Source of the DNA: Flavobacteriales bacterium
GTDB taxonomy: Bacteria; Bacteroidota; Bacteroidia; Flavobacteriales_C; GCA-002722245
Direction: 5' to 3'
Length of the DNA: 64,000 bases
Assembly: GCA_023251095.1 (NCBI GenBank)
Contig: JAHEZL010000001.1
Span: forward strand, 131,871 to 195,870
Positions 1 through 11,733 of this stretch are shown here, piece after piece (positions within the stretch are counted from its first letter, which is position 1; each line of letters begins with the position of its first letter). Below the pieces are notes generated by a model. It had not been told where the DNA came from, did not search any database, and saw nothing but the letters and a program-made list of their open reading frames with translations. The position numbers and the translations under genes were made by a program.

Positions 1-1659
1 CTAGCTCATCCCCAACAACTCCTTCGCGTTTTCCAAGGATTTTTTAGTAAGCTTATCGCCGCTTAACATCTGTGCAATTTCTTCTACTCTCTGTTTTTCA
101 TTGAGTAAATAAACTTTCGATTCTGTCATAGCGCCGGAAATAGATTTTTCTACACGATAATGTTGCTGCGCTTTAGAAGCTATCTGAGGCAAATGCGAAA
201 TTGCAATTACCTGCATATTCTTGCCCATCTCTTTTAATACCAATCCCATTTTATGCGCCACTTCACCTGAAACACCTGTATCAATTTCATCAAAAATAAT
301 GGCCGGTAAAGTAAAATGTTGCGCCATGCAGCTTTTTACCGCCAGCATCACTCTCGACAATTCTCCTCCGGAAGCCGCATCCTCAATAGGCTTGAGATCT
401 TCACCGGGATTGGCGGAAAACATCAACACCGGTTTATCCTGTCCGCTTTCCGAAAAAATATTTACAAATGAAAAACACAAATCAACTTCCACTCTGGCCT
501 TTGGCATTTTAAGTTGTGCCAGCAATTCCACAATTTGTTTAATGAGTTGAGGAGCTGCTTTTTTGCGGGCTTTGCTCAATTGTGCGGAAAGTTCCGACAA
601 AGATTTATGCAAAACATTTTTCTTCTTTTTCAACTCTTCCAATCGCTCTTCGGAATAAGCAGCGCCACTTATTTTTTCTTTTAAATCGGCTGCTTCGGCA
701 AGTAAATCTTTGGCTGAAACGAGATTGTATTTTTTAAGCAAACCGTAAATAACACTTTGTCTTTCCTGCAAATCGGCCAGCTTACTTTTATCAAAACTCA
801 TGGATGAAGACAACTTCTCGGCTTCAGTAGCAATGTCTTCCGCTTCCAGTCGCAAAGCTTTTATGCGCTCAACAAACGCAGCAAATCCTCCTGTGAGTCT
901 TTCCAGTTTTTCAAACTCGGTTTCAACAGTAATGAGTTTATCTACCACACTATCTTCAGAATTTAAATACTGAAGAATACGCTCCATTCTTTCTCTTACC
1001 TCTCCTGAATTTTCCAGGACTTTCAATTCATTTTCTACACTTTCTTCTTCTCCTTCTTCCAATGCTGCAGAATGTATTTCATTGAATTTAAATTTCCAGT
1101 AATCTAAATTTTCTTTGACTTGCTTAACATCAACTTCCTCTTTATCCAGTTGTTTGCAAAGCTCTTTGTATTCGGTCAATGCTGTACTATAAATTGTCAA
1201 TGCCTTTTCATTGCCGGCCAATCCATCAAGAATATTGAGTAAAAACCCTGAAGACTTCAGAGATAAAAAAGCATGTTGCGAATGAATATCCACCACATTT
1301 TGCGCAATGGCTTTTAAAAAAGGAAGTGTTACCGGAGTATCATTGGCGAAGGATCTGCTTTTGCCGTTATCGGTAATTTCCCTGCGAAGAATAGTATCTT
1401 CTTCAAAGTCGACATCAAATTCTTTAAACAAAGGCTTGAGCTCTTTACTGATATGAAACACCCCTTCGATCACGCATTTTTTTTCACCCTTACGAATCAC
1501 CGAAACATCGGCCCGCGCTCCCAAAAGCAACTGCAAAGCATCGAGCATAATGGATTTTCCTGCTCCGGTTTCTCCTGTAATCACAGATAATCCGCCCGAA
1601 AAATCCAGTTTCAGATCTTTAATCAACACAAAATTATTTATGGAAATCTGCTTCAGCAT
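1..1659 (-). CDS. recN: DNA repair protein RecN
   Basis: Walker A ITGETGAGKS, long coiled coil, ASGGELSR signature, IFDEIDTGVSG Walker B, SHLPQIA. Confidence 0.97.
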   Translation of the reverse strand: MLKQISINNFVLIKDLKLDFSGGLSVITGETGAGKSIMLDALQLLLGARADVSVIRKGEKKCVIEGVFHISKELKPLFKEFDVDFEEDTILRREITDNGKSRSFANDTPVTLPFLKAIAQNVVDIHSQHAFLSLKSSGFLLNILDGLAGNEKALTIYSTALTEYKELCKQLDKEEVDVKQVKENLDYWKFKFNEIHSAALEEGEEESVENELKVLENSGEVRERMERILQYLNSEDSVVDKLITVETEFEKLERLTGGFAAFVERIKALRLEAEDIATEAEKLSSSMSFDKSKLADLQERQSVIYGLLKKYNLVSAKDLLAEAADLKEKISGAAYSEERLEELKKKKNVLHKSLSELSAQLSKARKKAAPQLIKQIVELLAQLKMPKARVEVDLCFSFVNIFSESGQDKPVLMFSANPGEDLKPIEDAASGGELSRVMLAVKSCMAQHFTLPAIIFDEIDTGVSGEVAHKMGLVLKEMGKNMQVIAISHLPQIASKAQQHYRVEKSISGAMTESKVYLLNEKQRVEEIAQMLSGDKLTKKSLENAKELLGMS

Positions 1660-1661
1660 AA

Positions 1662-2441
1662 TCAGGAAATAAACAATTGACGCAATTTTTTGTCAATGAT
1701 GAATATCAATATAAAATCAAAAATTATAAAAATCAGTATCCATTTCATTAAACTAACTTTTTCGCCATCCTCACTTCTATCGATAACAGTGGTCCCATTA
1801 CTAAAATCATAAATCTTTCGATGCGTGTAATTTTCATTAAATTTTCCTTCCGACTTAGAAAGCTGAAGTTTTAAATCTACTTTTCTCTGCATGAGTGTTT
1901 CGTAATACTCGGTTTGCGTATTTTTTACGGTAGAAATTATTGAATCTATTCTGTTTATATCTGTTTCAATTACCAACTTATCCTTTTCAAATTTCTTTAG
2001 TTTATTCTGATAATTTTCCTGAACCAGAACATGCTTGCAAATGCGCTTTATTAAAGCATCTTCTAAAAGATAAAAACCAAGAGTATCACTTGCTGTTATT
2101 GTAATACGATACTCATAACGGATATTGGTTTCTTCAATTATATTTTGACATTCGTAAAGGATTGTTTTTACTTTTTCCAGTATTTCTTTTTTAACACCAA
2201 TAATTCTTTCGGCGTTGTAATAATCCTTTTCGCTTAAACATTGGGTAAGAGGCTCCATGTATTCATTCATGGCTAAAGTAGAGAGCATGAAGGTAGAACC
2301 TTGCATTTTACAAATGAAAATCCTCTCGTGCTTTTCGTTTTTCAAAAAATAAAAAACTCCGTAAGATAAAGTCAAACAAAGTAGCAGTAAATACCAATAC
2401 TTAAATAACCATATCCTAAAAATCTCTTTTATTTTCCCCAT
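1662..2441 (-). CDS. Hypothetical membrane protein, Wzz/polysaccharide co-polymerase-like topology
   Basis: N- and C-terminal hydrophobic helices flanking a soluble region with a coiled-coil-like segment (LKKFEKDKLVIETDINRIDSI...LKLQL). Confidence 0.5.
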   Translation of the reverse strand: MGKIKEIFRIWLFKYWYLLLLCLTLSYGVFYFLKNEKHERIFICKMQGSTFMLSTLAMNEYMEPLTQCLSEKDYYNAERIIGVKKEILEKVKTILYECQNIIEETNIRYEYRITITASDTLGFYLLEDALIKRICKHVLVQENYQNKLKKFEKDKLVIETDINRIDSIISTVKNTQTEYYETLMQRKVDLKLQLSKSEGKFNENYTHRKIYDFSNGTTVIDRSEDGEKVSLMKWILIFIIFDFILIFIIDKKLRQLFIS

Positions 2442-2450
2442 TTAATTTTA

Positions 2451-3632
2451 TTAAAAATTCGCCGGAAAAAAATAAAATTTCTTAGCAACGGTTTTTCCTG
2501 TGCAAAGCTTTTGTTTTCCCTTAGCTTTAATCTTATCTGCAGCAGTATAATCCATTCTTACAGTTGTTCCATCTTTAGTAATACCGTAAACTTCAAATGA
2601 AACATCTTTTTTCGGACAAGGCATCAAAAGCGTAGCTTTCTTCACCGGTTCGTCGGAAGCCCAGTAATAAATACCCATTGCACATTCGTACGACACTCTG
2701 ATTTCGGTAAATTTCAATCCTTTTTTTGCTTTAAACTTAAACTTCACATTCGTTTCGCTCTCAGCGGCAATGTTCATGGATACCGAGCAAATGGTTTCCA
2801 GTTCAAAATATTCTTTACCATTCATCGTGACCTTTTTTGCCGCATTTCCATTCAGCTGCCAGAATTTATTACTATATCCTTTCCAAACATTAAAAGACTG
2901 GTTGCTCTGACAGGATTCCTGAACCGGGATGTATATTTTCAAAGGATTCACCAAACAGGAATCTGCACACAATTTAACCTCTACCACTCCTACTGAATTT
3001 AATGGTGTTGACTCAGGTCCCATAGTAGTATAACCTGATTTTCTTAATAACTCAGGCGAACTGTAAGATCCTATAGAAATGCAGTTTTTAACCAATTCAA
3101 ATTCGCAACGATTCATCTTAATAATTACACCGCGAGGAAGTTCAACAGTGGTGTCTGATTTACAAAACAATTTGATCAATGCGGCTTTTATAGAATCCTG
3201 ATTGGCCGCAGACACATCTTTTTTTGCTCCTGTTTTTACCGACCATACTTCCACCACCACTCTACGGTTAATTTTTCTGCCTTCTTCAGTAGCGTTAGAA
3301 GCTACCGCACCATCAACACCGTGATTCACGAGATTGAAATTGATCAGCTTCACTTTTTTAGTTTTAAAAAATTGCTTTACCGCTTTTGCCCTTGCATCGC
3401 CTAAACCAAGATTATACTCCGGTCCACCTATGCTATCGCAATAAGAATCAATATTAATCGAAATTGAATCGCTTTTAAAAAAATCAAATAAAGCCTGTAA
3501 TTGTTTTTTATGCTCTGAGGTTACCTGACTTTTTTTGTAATCAAAAAGCAGCACCGCTGTTTGCTTCTGTGCAAATGAACTTATATTAAACAGGGCAATA
3601 ATTGCCAGTGTTAAAATGGTAATTTTTTTCAT
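2451..3632 (-). CDS. Secreted OmpA-like peptidoglycan-binding domain protein with Cys-rich C-terminal region
   Basis: Signal peptide; FDYKKS...DSIG..YNLGL...RAKAVK...NATEEGRKINRRV OmpA_C motif in the N-terminal half. Confidence 0.8.
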   Translation of the reverse strand: MKKITILTLAIIALFNISSFAQKQTAVLLFDYKKSQVTSEHKKQLQALFDFFKSDSISINIDSYCDSIGGPEYNLGLGDARAKAVKQFFKTKKVKLINFNLVNHGVDGAVASNATEEGRKINRRVVVEVWSVKTGAKKDVSAANQDSIKAALIKLFCKSDTTVELPRGVIIKMNRCEFELVKNCISIGSYSSPELLRKSGYTTMGPESTPLNSVGVVEVKLCADSCLVNPLKIYIPVQESCQSNQSFNVWKGYSNKFWQLNGNAAKKVTMNGKEYFELETICSVSMNIAAESETNVKFKFKAKKGLKFTEIRVSYECAMGIYYWASDEPVKKATLLMPCPKKDVSFEVYGITKDGTTVRMDYTAADKIKAKGKQKLCTGKTVAKKFYFFPANF

Positions 3633-3682
3633 TAAATGTAGTTTTAGATTTATACCTCGAATTCTAAGATAGAAAAAATGTA

Positions 3683-4624
3683 CTAACCCTTGAGGTATTT
3701 TAAAATATTGCCCTCTATTCTTTGCTCAACGTTTCCTTCAGCTGCCTTGATGAATTTATTGCCAGTAATATTTTCAAAAAGCTCAATGTATCTATCGGAA
3801 GTCATTTTCACAAAATCATCGGGCATCACAGGAACTTTTTGTCCGTCTTTCCCCTGAAATCCATTGCTGATCAGCCATTGGCGAACGAACTCTTTCGACA
3901 ATTGTTTTTGAGCCTCTCCTTTTGCCTGACGATCGACATAACCTTCTGCATAAAAATATCGCGAAGAATCGGGTGTATGAATTTCATCAATTAAAATAAT
4001 TTTGCCATCGGTGTCTTTACCGAACTCATATTTAGTATCCACCAATATCAGATTTTTATCGGCTGCCATTTCACTTCCTCTATTGAACAAGGCTCTGGTG
4101 TAGGCTTCCAACTGAACGTAATCCTGTTCGGAAACTATGCCTTGTTTTAAAATTTCTTCGCGGGAAATATCTTCATCGTGACCTTCGGATGCTTTGGTTG
4201 TTGGTGTGATAATAGGTTCAGGAAATTTATCGTTTTCTTTGAGTCCTTCCGGCATAGTTACGCCGCATAAAACACGAATTCCTTCTTTATACTGACGCGC
4301 TGCGTGTCCCGACAAATAGCCGCGAATCACCATTTCTACTTTAAAGGGCTCACATCTTTTTCCTACCGAAACCATAGGATCGGGAGAAGCCATCAACCAG
4401 TTTGGAACGATATCTTTTGTTGCATTTAAAAAATGCTGGGCAATTTGATTGAGCACTTGTCCCTTGTAAGGAATTCCTCGTGGCAACACTACATCAAAAG
4501 CCGAAATCCTGTCGGAAGCCACCATCACCAAAACATCGCCGATGGAATAAACGTCTCTCACTTTACCTTTGTAAACCGCACTTTGATTGGGAAATTTAAA
4601 ATCTGTTTTTACTAATGCTTCCAT
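3683..4624 (-). CDS. purC: Phosphoribosylaminoimidazole-succinocarboxamide (SAICAR) synthase
   Basis: [43 protein letters not shown] motifs. Confidence 0.97.
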   Translation of the reverse strand: MEALVKTDFKFPNQSAVYKGKVRDVYSIGDVLVMVASDRISAFDVVLPRGIPYKGQVLNQIAQHFLNATKDIVPNWLMASPDPMVSVGKRCEPFKVEMVIRGYLSGHAARQYKEGIRVLCGVTMPEGLKENDKFPEPIITPTTKASEGHDEDISREEILKQGIVSEQDYVQLEAYTRALFNRGSEMAADKNLILVDTKYEFGKDTDGKIILIDEIHTPDSSRYFYAEGYVDRQAKGEAQKQLSKEFVRQWLISNGFQGKDGQKVPVMPDDFVKMTSDRYIELFENITGNKFIKAAEGNVEQRIEGNILKYLKG

Positions 4625-4636
4625 TCTTTTTATCTT

Positions 4637-5581
4637 TTATTGTTTTCCTGCTTTTTCATAAGCAGTTAATATTTCTTTCACTATGCGGTGACGCAACACA
4701 TCTTTACCATCCAGGTAAACGAATTCAATTCCGTCAATATTTTTTAAAATTTTACTGGCATGAATCAATCCTGATGGCTGACGGTTGGGCAAATCAATTT
4801 GCGTTACATCACCCGTTATCACAAACTTTGCAGCTTCGCCCATACGGGTTAAAAACATTTTAATTTGTCCTTCGGTAGTATTTTGTGCCTCATCCAAAAT
4901 CACAAAAGCATGGTTCAGTGTTCGTCCGCGCATAAAAGCCAGAGGCGCAATTTCAATTACTTTTTTTTCGATGTGTTCGGCCAGCTTTGCAAGAGGAATC
5001 ATATCTCGCAATGCATCATACAAAGGCTGCATGTACGGATCCAGCTTTTCTTTTAAATCACCGGGAAGAAAACCTAAATTTTCTCCTGATTCCACAGCCG
5101 GACGCGTCAATATAATTTTTTTTACTTCTCTATTTTTTAAAGCTCTTACCGCTAAAGCCACTGCTGTGTAAGTTTTACCGGTTCCGGCAGGTCCCATCGC
5201 AAACACCATATCGTTTTTAGTAACGGCCGCCACCATTTTTCTTTGGTTGGGCGTTTTTGCTTTTACTATAATTCCTCCGTTGCCATAAACAATCACCCCT
5301 TCACCTTCTTCATTGGAAATGATACTTTCCCCTTCAACACCCATCAAACTGTCGATGTTGGTTTCGGTGAGCTTTCCATATTTTTCAATATGCGATATAA
5401 ATAAAGTGAGGTATTTTTCAAATTCTATGATGTCAGTTCTGCTGCCGCTAACAATCAACTCATCGCCTCTCGACACGATTTTAACCCGCGGAAAACTCTT
5501 CTTTATGTGATTCAGCTTTATGTTATTAACCCCCAGCAATTGGATGGGTTCAACATTTTCAATAACGAGCAGCTTGTCCAA
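4637..5581 (-). CDS. phoH: PhoH family ATPase
   Basis: GPAGTGKT, RPAVE.GE.LGFLPGDL, APLAFMRGRTL, DEAQN, GDVTQIDLP. Confidence 0.95.
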   Translation of the reverse strand: MDKLLVIENVEPIQLLGVNNIKLNHIKKSFPRVKIVSRGDELIVSGSRTDIIEFEKYLTLFISHIEKYGKLTETNIDSLMGVEGESIISNEEGEGVIVYGNGGIIVKAKTPNQRKMVAAVTKNDMVFAMGPAGTGKTYTAVALAVRALKNREVKKIILTRPAVESGENLGFLPGDLKEKLDPYMQPLYDALRDMIPLAKLAEHIEKKVIEIAPLAFMRGRTLNHAFVILDEAQNTTEGQIKMFLTRMGEAAKFVITGDVTQIDLPNRQPSGLIHASKILKNIDGIEFVYLDGKDVLRHRIVKEILTAYEKAGKQ

Positions 5582-5619
5582 TACTAAAATTTTAAGGCGC
5601 TAAAATAGGAATTCTCTTG

Positions 5620-5627
5620 TATATTTG
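5620..5627 (+). promoter_or_regulatory. Bacteroidota -7 promoter element
   Basis: TATATTTG matches TAnnTTTG, 16 nt before the ATG at 5644. Confidence 0.6.
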
Positions 5628-5643
5628 ACCAATTGAAACGAAG

Positions 5644-6426
5644 ATGGCGGTTATCACATTAACAACGGATTTAGGATTAAAGGATTACTATGTGGGATCT
5701 CTCAAAGGTGCCATCCTTAAAGAAATTCCAAATGCCAACATCATTGATATCAGTCACGACATCCCTCCTTTTGATATTGCAGTTGCTTCTTTTTGTGTGA
5801 AAAATATTTACAATGATTTCCCCAAAGGCAGCATTCATATTATAGGTGTTGCTCCCGGTGCCGATGAACAAACACGGCATCTGGCCATTGAAAAAGACGG
5901 TCACTATTTTATCGGAGCCGACAATGGAATGTTTTCCCTCATCTTTGATACTCCTGTTGAAACGATATATGAAATACAATTGTCGGATTCCTCTTCCTCA
6001 CAAACTTTCCCTACCAAAGATGTGTTTGTGAAAGCCGCAGCCATCATTGCCCGCGGTGAAGGATTGGAAAAACTAGGTAGAAAGGCAGGCAACATTCAAG
6101 AGAGAATGATTTTCCGCGCCATCTCCGAAGGCAATATCATCAAAGGAATGGTGACTTACATCGATACTTACGGCAACGTGATCACCAATATTTCCAAACA
6201 GCTATTCAGCGACTTTGGCAAAAACAGAAACTTCGGTATCATTTTTCGCCGCGCCGATTATACCATTGATGAAATCAGCGACAACTACAACCTCGTTCCC
6301 GAAGGTGAAAAGGTGGCTATTTTCAGCAATTCAGGTTTCCTTGAAATTTCCATCAACAAGGGAAATGCGTCTAATTTATTCGGATTGAAATTGTATGATA
6401 CCATAAGAGTGGAATTTGAATCATGA
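5644..6426 (+). CDS. SAM hydroxide adenosyltransferase (DUF62, chlorinase/fluorinase family)
   Basis: ITLTTDLG..D.YVG, DISHDI.PFD, FIGADNG, YIDTYGN.ITN, GFLEISINKGNA. Confidence 0.9.
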   Translation: MAVITLTTDLGLKDYYVGSLKGAILKEIPNANIIDISHDIPPFDIAVASFCVKNIYNDFPKGSIHIIGVAPGADEQTRHLAIEKDGHYFIGADNGMFSLIFDTPVETIYEIQLSDSSSSQTFPTKDVFVKAAAIIARGEGLEKLGRKAGNIQERMIFRAISEGNIIKGMVTYIDTYGNVITNISKQLFSDFGKNRNFGIIFRRADYTIDEISDNYNLVPEGEKVAIFSNSGFLEISINKGNASNLFGLKLYDTIRVEFES

Positions 6427-6707
6427 TAGTACGAATTGTAAAACTCACGCTGCGTCCTGAGAAAACCGAGGATTTCCTGGCTTTGTTCAATCGCTATAAA
6501 AAAGACATTGCTGCTTTTCCGGGATGTACGCATCTGCAAGGTTTACAAGACATTAAAAACACAAACATATTTTTCACATACAGCCATTGGGAAAACGAGG
6601 AAGCTTTAAACACCTACCGTCATTCCGCACTGTTTAATGAAGTATGGCCGCAAGCCAAAGAATGGTTTGAAGAAAACCCCGAAGCCTGGAGCTCTATAAT
6701 GTTATAA
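6423..6707 (+). CDS. Antibiotic biosynthesis monooxygenase (ABM)-family protein
   Basis: 94 aa; FPGC..L...QD, FFTYSHWE.EEAL..YR.S.LF; 4-nt overlap with the upstream gene. Confidence 0.85.
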   Translation: MIVRIVKLTLRPEKTEDFLALFNRYKKDIAAFPGCTHLQGLQDIKNTNIFFTYSHWENEEALNTYRHSALFNEVWPQAKEWFEENPEAWSSIML

Positions 6708-6710
6708 GCA

Positions 6711-7373
6711 ATGAAACCTGTCACCAAAAGAATATTAGCCCTTGCTGTTTTGTTCGCTATCGCTGTGGTCTTTGCGTATCCCATTATCAGCAAGAATGCG
6801 GAAAAACTAAAAGTATACAACCCTGCTGATGTGAATCCTTTGTTGGTCACCGATAGCCTGAGAAACACCACCTCGGGCCACACCATTGCTCCTTTCCATC
6901 TGATCAATCAAAATGGCGACAGTATCAGCGACCAACTCTTTAAAGGGAAAATTTACGTGGCCGATTTCTTCTTCACCACCTGCACCAATATTTGTCCGAT
7001 TATGACCGGCCAGCTCAAACGCGTGTATGACGAATACAAAGGCGATTCATCCGTGATGTTCCTTTCTCATACTTCTTTGCCCGAAACCGACAGTCCGCCG
7101 GTTTTAAAAAAATACTCCCTTCGCTTTGGCGCCCAACTTCCGCAATGGCAATTTGTAACCGGCGACAAAAAAGAAATTTACCATCTGGCCCGAAACTCTT
7201 ATTTGGCAGTAAAAACAAAAGGAAATGGCGACAAAAATGATTTTATCCATACAGAAAACCTCGTTTTGATAGATGGACAAAAAAGAATTCGGGGATTTTA
7301 TGATGGAACCTCTACAGATGAGGTCAATCAATTGATTGACGACATCGCCAATTTAAAAGAAGAAAATCCTTAG
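6711..7373 (+). CDS. SCO family copper chaperone
   Basis: N-terminal membrane anchor; FFFTTCTNICP (CxxxC), conserved His in FIHTENLVLID, RIRGFYDG. Confidence 0.92.
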   Translation: MKPVTKRILALAVLFAIAVVFAYPIISKNAEKLKVYNPADVNPLLVTDSLRNTTSGHTIAPFHLINQNGDSISDQLFKGKIYVADFFFTTCTNICPIMTGQLKRVYDEYKGDSSVMFLSHTSLPETDSPPVLKKYSLRFGAQLPQWQFVTGDKKEIYHLARNSYLAVKTKGNGDKNDFIHTENLVLIDGQKRIRGFYDGTSTDEVNQLIDDIANLKEENP

Positions 7374-7415
7374 TTGTTTAGTGTTAAAAAACTGGACTTT
7401 TGCACTTCTATAGGT

Positions 7416-7423
7416 TATATTTG
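7416..7423 (+). promoter_or_regulatory. Bacteroidota -7 promoter element of the sigma factor gene
   Basis: TATATTTG upstream of the ATG at 7458. Confidence 0.6.
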
Positions 7424-7457
7424 CAAACCTAGTTATATTAACACACTGATATACAAC

Positions 7458-8321
7458 ATGAGACAACTAAAAATCACCCAGTCCATTACCAAAAGAGATA
7501 GTATTACTCTCGACAAATACTTACAAGAAATAGGAAAAGAATCTCTGATTACTGCTGATGAAGAAGTAATCTTAGCACAAAAGATAAGAGACGGGGACCA
7601 GGCCGCTCTTGAAAAATTAACCAAAGCCAACTTAAGATTCGTTGTATCGGTAGCTAAACAGTACCAGGGACAAGGCATGACCTTACCCGATTTGATCAAC
7701 GAAGGAAACCTGGGTTTGATTAAGGCCGCAAGAAGATTCGACGAAACAAGAGGTTTTAAATTTATCTCTTACGCCGTATGGTGGATTCGTCAATCAATCA
7801 TTCAAGCTATTTCTGAACAATCAAGAATGGTGCGTTTGCCTTTGAATAAAATCGGGGCCATCAGCAAAATCAATAAAGGTGCTTCTCAACTGGAACAACA
7901 ACTGGAAAGAGAACCTAACGCTCAAGAACTTTCCGAGCATTTGGATTTACCTGAACAGGAAGTTTCCAATGTATTGCACATGAATACGCGTCACATCTCT
8001 GTAGATGCTCCGTTTCAGGATGGTGAAGATCATGGTTTGCTGGACGTTATGGTGAATGAAGATTCTCCAAAAGCCGACAGAGAACTGATCGTTGAATCGT
8101 TAAGAGCTGAAATCAACAGATCTCTTTCTACCTTAACAGACAGAGAAAGTGAAGTGATCAAAATGTTCTACGGAATCGATGGATACAGAGAAATCTCTTT
8201 GGAAGAAATCGGCGCTAAGTTCGATTTAACAAGAGAACGCGTTCGTCAGATCAAAGAAAAAGCGATCAAACGTTTGAAAAACAACACAAGAAGTAAATTA
8301 TTGAAAACCTATTTGGGTTAG
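7458..8321 (+). CDS. rpoD: RNA polymerase sigma-70 factor, Bacteroidota RpoD/SigA type (no region 1.1)
   Basis: MRQLKIT start; [45 protein letters not shown]. Start moved to ATG 7458 from the ORF-track TTG. Confidence 0.9.
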   Translation: MRQLKITQSITKRDSITLDKYLQEIGKESLITADEEVILAQKIRDGDQAALEKLTKANLRFVVSVAKQYQGQGMTLPDLINEGNLGLIKAARRFDETRGFKFISYAVWWIRQSIIQAISEQSRMVRLPLNKIGAISKINKGASQLEQQLEREPNAQELSEHLDLPEQEVSNVLHMNTRHISVDAPFQDGEDHGLLDVMVNEDSPKADRELIVESLRAEINRSLSTLTDRESEVIKMFYGIDGYREISLEEIGAKFDLTRERVRQIKEKAIKRLKNNTRSKLLKTYLG

Positions 8322-8340
8322 TCATAATAAGGATTACAAG

Positions 8341-8373
8341 AAAAAGTCCCCGTCAGCTGACGGGGACTTTTTT
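8341..8373. terminator. Bidirectional intrinsic terminator
   Basis: AAAAAGTCCCCGTCAG/CTGACGGGGACTTTTT perfect inverted repeat with A/T tails between convergent genes. Confidence 0.9.
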
Positions 8374-8381
8374 GTTTTGCG

Positions 8382-9056
8382 TTAATCAACTGCTATCTCA
8401 TTAATATCCCTGCTCTCCAATATCTTTTTACCACACCCCTTTCTCACTACATTAATCATCGCTTTCCCCAGCGAAGTAGTATCTGTAATCCAACTTTTAA
8501 ACGACTTCAACAGAAAGTATATCGGTTTAAATACAAAGTAAACAGCCATGTACCATTTCACTTTTGATTTTATGCCTTTGAGCGGTTGTATGTATCCCGG
8601 ACGAAACATGTAAGTCGCTTTAAAAGGCATAGCCATCAAAGCATTTTCTGTTTTGCCTTTTATTCTAGCCCACATAGCTTTACTCTTCTCCGAACTATCC
8701 GTTCCCGAGCCTGAAACATAACAAAAAGTAAAAGAGCTGTTTGCTTTTAAAACAGCCTCAGCTGCTCTTATTGTAAGCTCAAAAGTGGTTTTGTAATATT
8801 CTTCTTCCCGCATTCCAACTGCAGAAACACCGAGGCAAAAGAAGCAAGCATTGTACTTCGAAAACTCCGGAAGCAAAGAAGAAAAATCAGAGAAGTCGGC
8901 ATAAATGATTTCTTTAATCTTAGGATGTTTTATGTTTTCAAGCGGTCGGCGATTAATCAACAAAACAGATTCTACTCCTCCATCTTCTATACATTCCAGC
9001 AAAACCGCCTGTCCGACCATCCCTGTTGCCCCGAAAATAATTGCTTTAATACTCAT
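8382..9056 (-). CDS. NAD(P)-binding Rossmann-fold protein (epimerase/TIP30-like)
   Basis: IIFGATGMVG, CFFCLGVS, YVSG.G, WARIKGKTEN, FRPGYI. Confidence 0.85.
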   Translation of the reverse strand: MSIKAIIFGATGMVGQAVLLECIEDGGVESVLLINRRPLENIKHPKIKEIIYADFSDFSSLLPEFSKYNACFFCLGVSAVGMREEEYYKTTFELTIRAAEAVLKANSSFTFCYVSGSGTDSSEKSKAMWARIKGKTENALMAMPFKATYMFRPGYIQPLKGIKSKVKWYMAVYFVFKPIYFLLKSFKSWITDTTSLGKAMINVVRKGCGKKILESRDINEIAVD

Positions 9057-9102
9057 ATACTATCCGATTATAGCAATGAAGATACTACAAAACTTAAGGC
9101 AC

Positions 9103-9135
9103 AAAAAAACCTCTGCGTAATCCGCAGAGGCTTTT
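9103..9135 (-). terminator. Intrinsic terminator of the lipoprotein gene
   Basis: CCTCTGCG-N5-CGCAGAGG stem followed on the minus strand by a T7 run. Confidence 0.8.
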
Positions 9136-9154
9136 AATATTTATTCAAATGAAA

Positions 9155-9940
9155 TTATTTACAAGTCATATCTTGTTGTGCTGTATCCCAGCAATGACTA
9201 ATTGTGTCAACACCAATCCATTTACCATGTCTGTCAGCACTGTTCCACATAATTTGAGTTAACTCAGCCTTTCCTTTATCATAGATGTCATAGTGACCAT
9301 CAAACTCAACCTCTGCAGTTTTTTTCCACAGGATATAGTTTCCTGTTCCTGACTGACTTGGTTCAACATAAGAAAATTTAGTTTCAGCAGTTCCTGCAGA
9401 AGCATCTTTGCTCCATGCAATGTCAACATAAGTTACAGGATTGTAAACATCTTTGTTTAAGCTCCATGTTCCTGAAGTACCATCTTTTTTAGATACACCT
9501 GTGTACCATGTGAAATCCTGAAAATCATTTTGTTTAGAAATAACCATTGTCCAGTTAATGTTGTCTCCGCTTTCACTTGCATGTAATTTAACAGTATAAG
9601 TAACAGCTACAACAACATTGTATGACCATACCCATTCTTTTTTATTTACATCATACACTGCCTCATGTTTCAAAGCTTCTTTAAAAGCAGCAACAGGAAC
9701 AACTAAATTAACCGCGAGAATAGTATTAAAATATCCAACCGCTAAAGCAGCCACACCGTAATTCCATCCTGTTTGTGTTTTGTTGGAAGATCCATCGAAA
9801 GAATTATCCATACTCATTGAAGACGAAGGTGGTAAAGCCGGAGCCGCAGGGTTTTCTTTTTTACAAGATGTTGCGAAAACTCCAAGAGCCATCGCAAGAA
9901 CTAAAAATTTCTTTGATTGGTTTTTGATTGTCGATTTCAT
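9155..9940 (-). CDS. Hypothetical lipoprotein
   Basis: Signal peptide with lipobox FATSC; Trp-rich, beta-strand-like mature region. Confidence 0.75.
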   Translation of the reverse strand: MKSTIKNQSKKFLVLAMALGVFATSCKKENPAAPALPPSSSMSMDNSFDGSSNKTQTGWNYGVAALAVGYFNTILAVNLVVPVAAFKEALKHEAVYDVNKKEWVWSYNVVVAVTYTVKLHASESGDNINWTMVISKQNDFQDFTWYTGVSKKDGTSGTWSLNKDVYNPVTYVDIAWSKDASAGTAETKFSYVEPSQSGTGNYILWKKTAEVEFDGHYDIYDKGKAELTQIMWNSADRHGKWIGVDTISHCWDTAQQDMTCK

Positions 9941-9973
9941 AATTGCGTATTAATTGATTTAAGTTTTTTTCTA

Positions 9974-9999
9974 AGACGAAGTTAAAATAAAATGGTTGC
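9974..9999 (-). promoter_or_regulatory. Candidate ECF sigma-dependent promoter
   Basis: Minus strand GCAACCATTTTATTTTAACTTCGTCT = AAC-N16-CGTC, about 35 nt upstream of the lipoprotein ATG. Confidence 0.5.
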
Positions 10000-10084
10000 T
10001 TTTGCATTTTTTTGTCGACTAAAGCATTCATTCTTCAGTTAAACGACTTTCTTATTATGTCATCTTTTATTGCTGTTTTTAACT

Positions 10085-10092
10085 TACCTTTG
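10085..10092 (+). promoter_or_regulatory. Bacteroidota -7 promoter element
   Basis: TACCTTTG upstream of the ABC-F ATG. Confidence 0.6.
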
Positions 10093-10110
10093 CCACCTGA
10101 AAAAAAATAA

Positions 10111-11727
<1,617 letters not shown>

Positions 11728-11733
11728 CATTTC

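Noticed and set aside
5644-6707. Chlorinase/fluorinase plus monooxygenase as a halogenated natural-product cluster
   Set aside because: DUF62 and ABM genes next to phoH are a common housekeeping arrangement in this phylum, and no biosynthetic genes are nearby
7374-7457. ORF-track N-terminal extensions of rpoD (also the BatA gene, ispH, vWA, L,D-transpeptidase and Cache kinase)
   Set aside because: The extensions run through promoter elements or repeats; downstream ATGs match family N-termini or signal peptides
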